Source: a virus (taxonomy: Duplodnaviria > Caudoviricetes). From it: 64,000 nucleotides of DNA. Every line of letters starts with the position of its first letter. Within the stretch, counting starts at the first letter, position 1. Location of the stretch: positions 96,001 to 160,000 of IMG/VR virus record IMGVR_UViG_3300009540_000001. One strand, 5' to 3'. Made by a program: the position numbers and the translations under genes. This document shows, in pieces, positions 62,174 through 64,000 of this stretch. The notes under the pieces were generated by a model. It searched no databases and was not told where the DNA came from. It was given only the letters and a program-made list of their open reading frames with translations.

Positions 62174-62761
62174 TTACACCCCCTCCGTCTCCCGCTTCTT
62201 CCCCAGGGCCTTCGCACCGAGCATCCCACCGACCAGCCCGAGGCCCACGCCGCCCGCGACGCCAGCGGCGAGGTGCCCTGCGCCGTAGCCCTTGGGGGCG
62301 GGGGCGGGCGCCGGGAGCGGCGCGGGCGTCGGCACCGGGTCCTTGGCGACTTGCTGCATGATGCCGTCTGCTTCGCCCTTCGCCGCGCGGATCTTCTGCT
62401 TCAGCCCCGCCTGCTCTTGGATCACTTGCGCGAGGGCTTTGCGGTCGATGTCGGCGACGTTCTCGCGCAGCTTCGCTTTGCGGAGGGCGTCGAGGTGTTG
62501 CGGGGTGATCTCGCTGAAGACTTGAGAGTCGCGAATATCGCTCGCGGCATTCGCAGCTGTTCGGCGACGGATCGAGGAGCGGTCTTGGAGAAAGGACCTA
62601 CTGCCTTGCCCGTCTGCCAGGAAGTTTCGGGCGCGCGACTCCGCTAGTTCAGCTTTCATGCGCATCCGCGCCGCGAACTGCGCCAACCTCTCCGGCGACG
62701 CATGCGACGCGGCGACGCGCCTTTCGATGTCTGCGGGGGTCAGTGCTACTTTGATGCTCAT
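62174..62761 (-). CDS. Glycine-zipper protein (KxA family)
   Basis: MSIKVAL; C-terminal AAGVAGGVGLGLVGGMLG. Confidence 0.6.
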   Translation of the reverse strand: MSIKVALTPADIERRVAASHASPERLAQFAARMRMKAELAESRARNFLADGQGSRSFLQDRSSIRRRTAANAASDIRDSQVFSEITPQHLDALRKAKLRENVADIDRKALAQVIQEQAGLKQKIRAAKGEADGIMQQVAKDPVPTPAPLPAPAPAPKGYGAGHLAAGVAGGVGLGLVGGMLGAKALGKKRETEGV

Positions 62762-63999
62762 CGCTCGTCTTTCTTCCTCAACGGCCCTCGATCACTCGCC
62801 TCCTGCATCGCCCCCATCAACTCCTCTCCGAGCCGACCCTTCTCCCGGGCCGTCTGCGCCATGTAGCGCTCGATGCCCAGGTTCGAGTCGCCCAAGAGTC
62901 GCCCCAGCAGCGACGTCGGCGGCTTCGAATAGTACTTCATCACGCGCACGTTTCTCTGGTCTTCCGGGAGGTGCGCGTGGCTGAGGTAGCGAATTCCTCG
63001 CCCCTCAACCTGCCCCGTCCGCCCTTCGTTCCAGTGCGGTTCGACCTCATGGATGGCGCGCGTGCCCTTCAGGTCGAGGCCTTCCGCGCCCGACGCCGAG
63101 ATCAGCAAGTTCGGGATCTTCCCCTCGTTGTACGCCGCAACCATGCGGGCCTTCTCGGCCTTCGACACCCCACCGTGAAACACGGAGTGGGGGATGCCGC
63201 GTTCCGTGAGGCCGCGCGCGATCGGCTCGAGCCCGCCTTCGAGGTAGTTCGAATAGATGACGGCCCGGTGTGCGGCGTTGGCCTCGCGCGCCTTCACCAG
63301 ATCCTCGACGACACGCTTCAGCTTCGGCGAGTGCTCGAGCTCGGTCGACAGCGCCACTCGGTGGTCGTACGGCCTCGGCGTGTTCGACACCTGGCGCAGC
63401 CCGGCCTCGAAGGAGTTCAGGCTTTTCGACTCCGCCTTCGACAGCGGTAGCCCTGCCTGGACTTTACGCTGTAAAAGCCACGGCATCTTCCCTTCGAGGA
63501 ACCGGTACGTGTCCCACTGCTTGGGGGACATCTCGACGTCGATCTCCTCGTCGATGCGGCTGGGGAAGTCAGGGCCCCCGCTCTTGTGGACGTCGACGTA
63601 GCCTGCCGCAGCGTTGACCAGCTCCCCGCGATTGATAACCTTTGCCCGCTCCGTCGCCTTCGCGCCGAGGAGCCGGTTCAGAAGCCCCGGCTGAATCTTC
63701 TCCTTGCCGATGTACCGGTGGATGAACGCATCGGGGTTGCCCGGCACGATCTCCTTCCCGGCCGCGTAGTTCAGCAGCGCCCCGAGGTCTCGAGGGTGGT
63801 TGTACACGGGCGTCCCGGTGAGCAGCAGCCGCGCCTTCGCCTGCGAGGCAGGGAGCGCGACGTTCGAGGCGATGCCCGTCCCGGCGTTGCGCGCGCGCTG
63901 CGCCTCGTCGAGAACGACGAGCCCGTCCTTGCGCACGTCGTTGTCCCGCACCGCCCTTTCGTACGACCGAATCCGGATGCCCTTGGGCCGCTTGTCGAG
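62758..63999 (-). CDS. SNF2-family (SF2) helicase, 5'-truncated by window
   Basis: LVVLDEAQR, LLLTGTP..N, SPKL, GAEGLDLK, HWN...QVEGRG.R; frame open to window end. Confidence 0.9.
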   Translation of the reverse strand, partial: LDKRPKGIRIRSYERAVRDNDVRKDGLVVLDEAQRARNAGTGIASNVALPASQAKARLLLTGTPVYNHPRDLGALLNYAAGKEIVPGNPDAFIHRYIGKEKIQPGLLNRLLGAKATERAKVINRGELVNAAAGYVDVHKSGGPDFPSRIDEEIDVEMSPKQWDTYRFLEGKMPWLLQRKVQAGLPLSKAESKSLNSFEAGLRQVSNTPRPYDHRVALSTELEHSPKLKRVVEDLVKAREANAAHRAVIYSNYLEGGLEPIARGLTERGIPHSVFHGGVSKAEKARMVAAYNEGKIPNLLISASGAEGLDLKGTRAIHEVEPHWNEGRTGQVEGRGIRYLSHAHLPEDQRNVRVMKYYSKPPTSLLGRLLGDSNLGIERYMAQTAREKGRLGEELMGAMQEASDRGPLRKKDER

Positions 64000-64000
64000 G

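Overview
A GC-rich (roughly 65-70% by eye) 64-kb segment of a large contractile-tailed (myovirus-like, probably jumbo) phage genome. The host may be a myxobacterium; this is an inference from GC content, the tmRNA tag and FtsH-ternary-system-like genes. The left part (1-26.7 kb) holds tail sheath, tube, spike, tail-fibre and neck-like structural genes, a thymidine kinase, two HNH genes, a complete phage tmRNA and a tandem pair of small beta-rich proteins with a 'GW...(R/K)RWGT' motif. The right part holds dCMP deaminase, 5'-deoxyribonucleotidase, dNMP kinase, a DenV-like glycosylase, a ParB-like protein and a SNF2 helicase. The standout feature is about 52 highly diverged 53-96 aa microprotein genes, all on the minus strand between 27 and 56.4 kb. 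They share the pattern M-(R/K)-(R/H)...G[DN]G-x-G(x2-4)...YEE and are stacked in translationally coupled arrays, in which the YEE codons (TAC GAG GAG) often double as the next gene's Shine-Dalgarno. Three mini-ORFs of 8-14 aa look like 'empty' versions and one unit is fused to a larger protein. Also found: at least 35 copies of a 13-bp palindrome (TTTACG-N-CGTAAA), eight copies of a phage-specific promoter motif, a ~120-bp inverted-repeat pair around an AT-rich core, FtsH-ternary-system X3/X5-like genes, an EpmC-like gene and a family of KxA/glycine-zipper proteins. All family assignments come from motif recognition by eye; no database searches were run.
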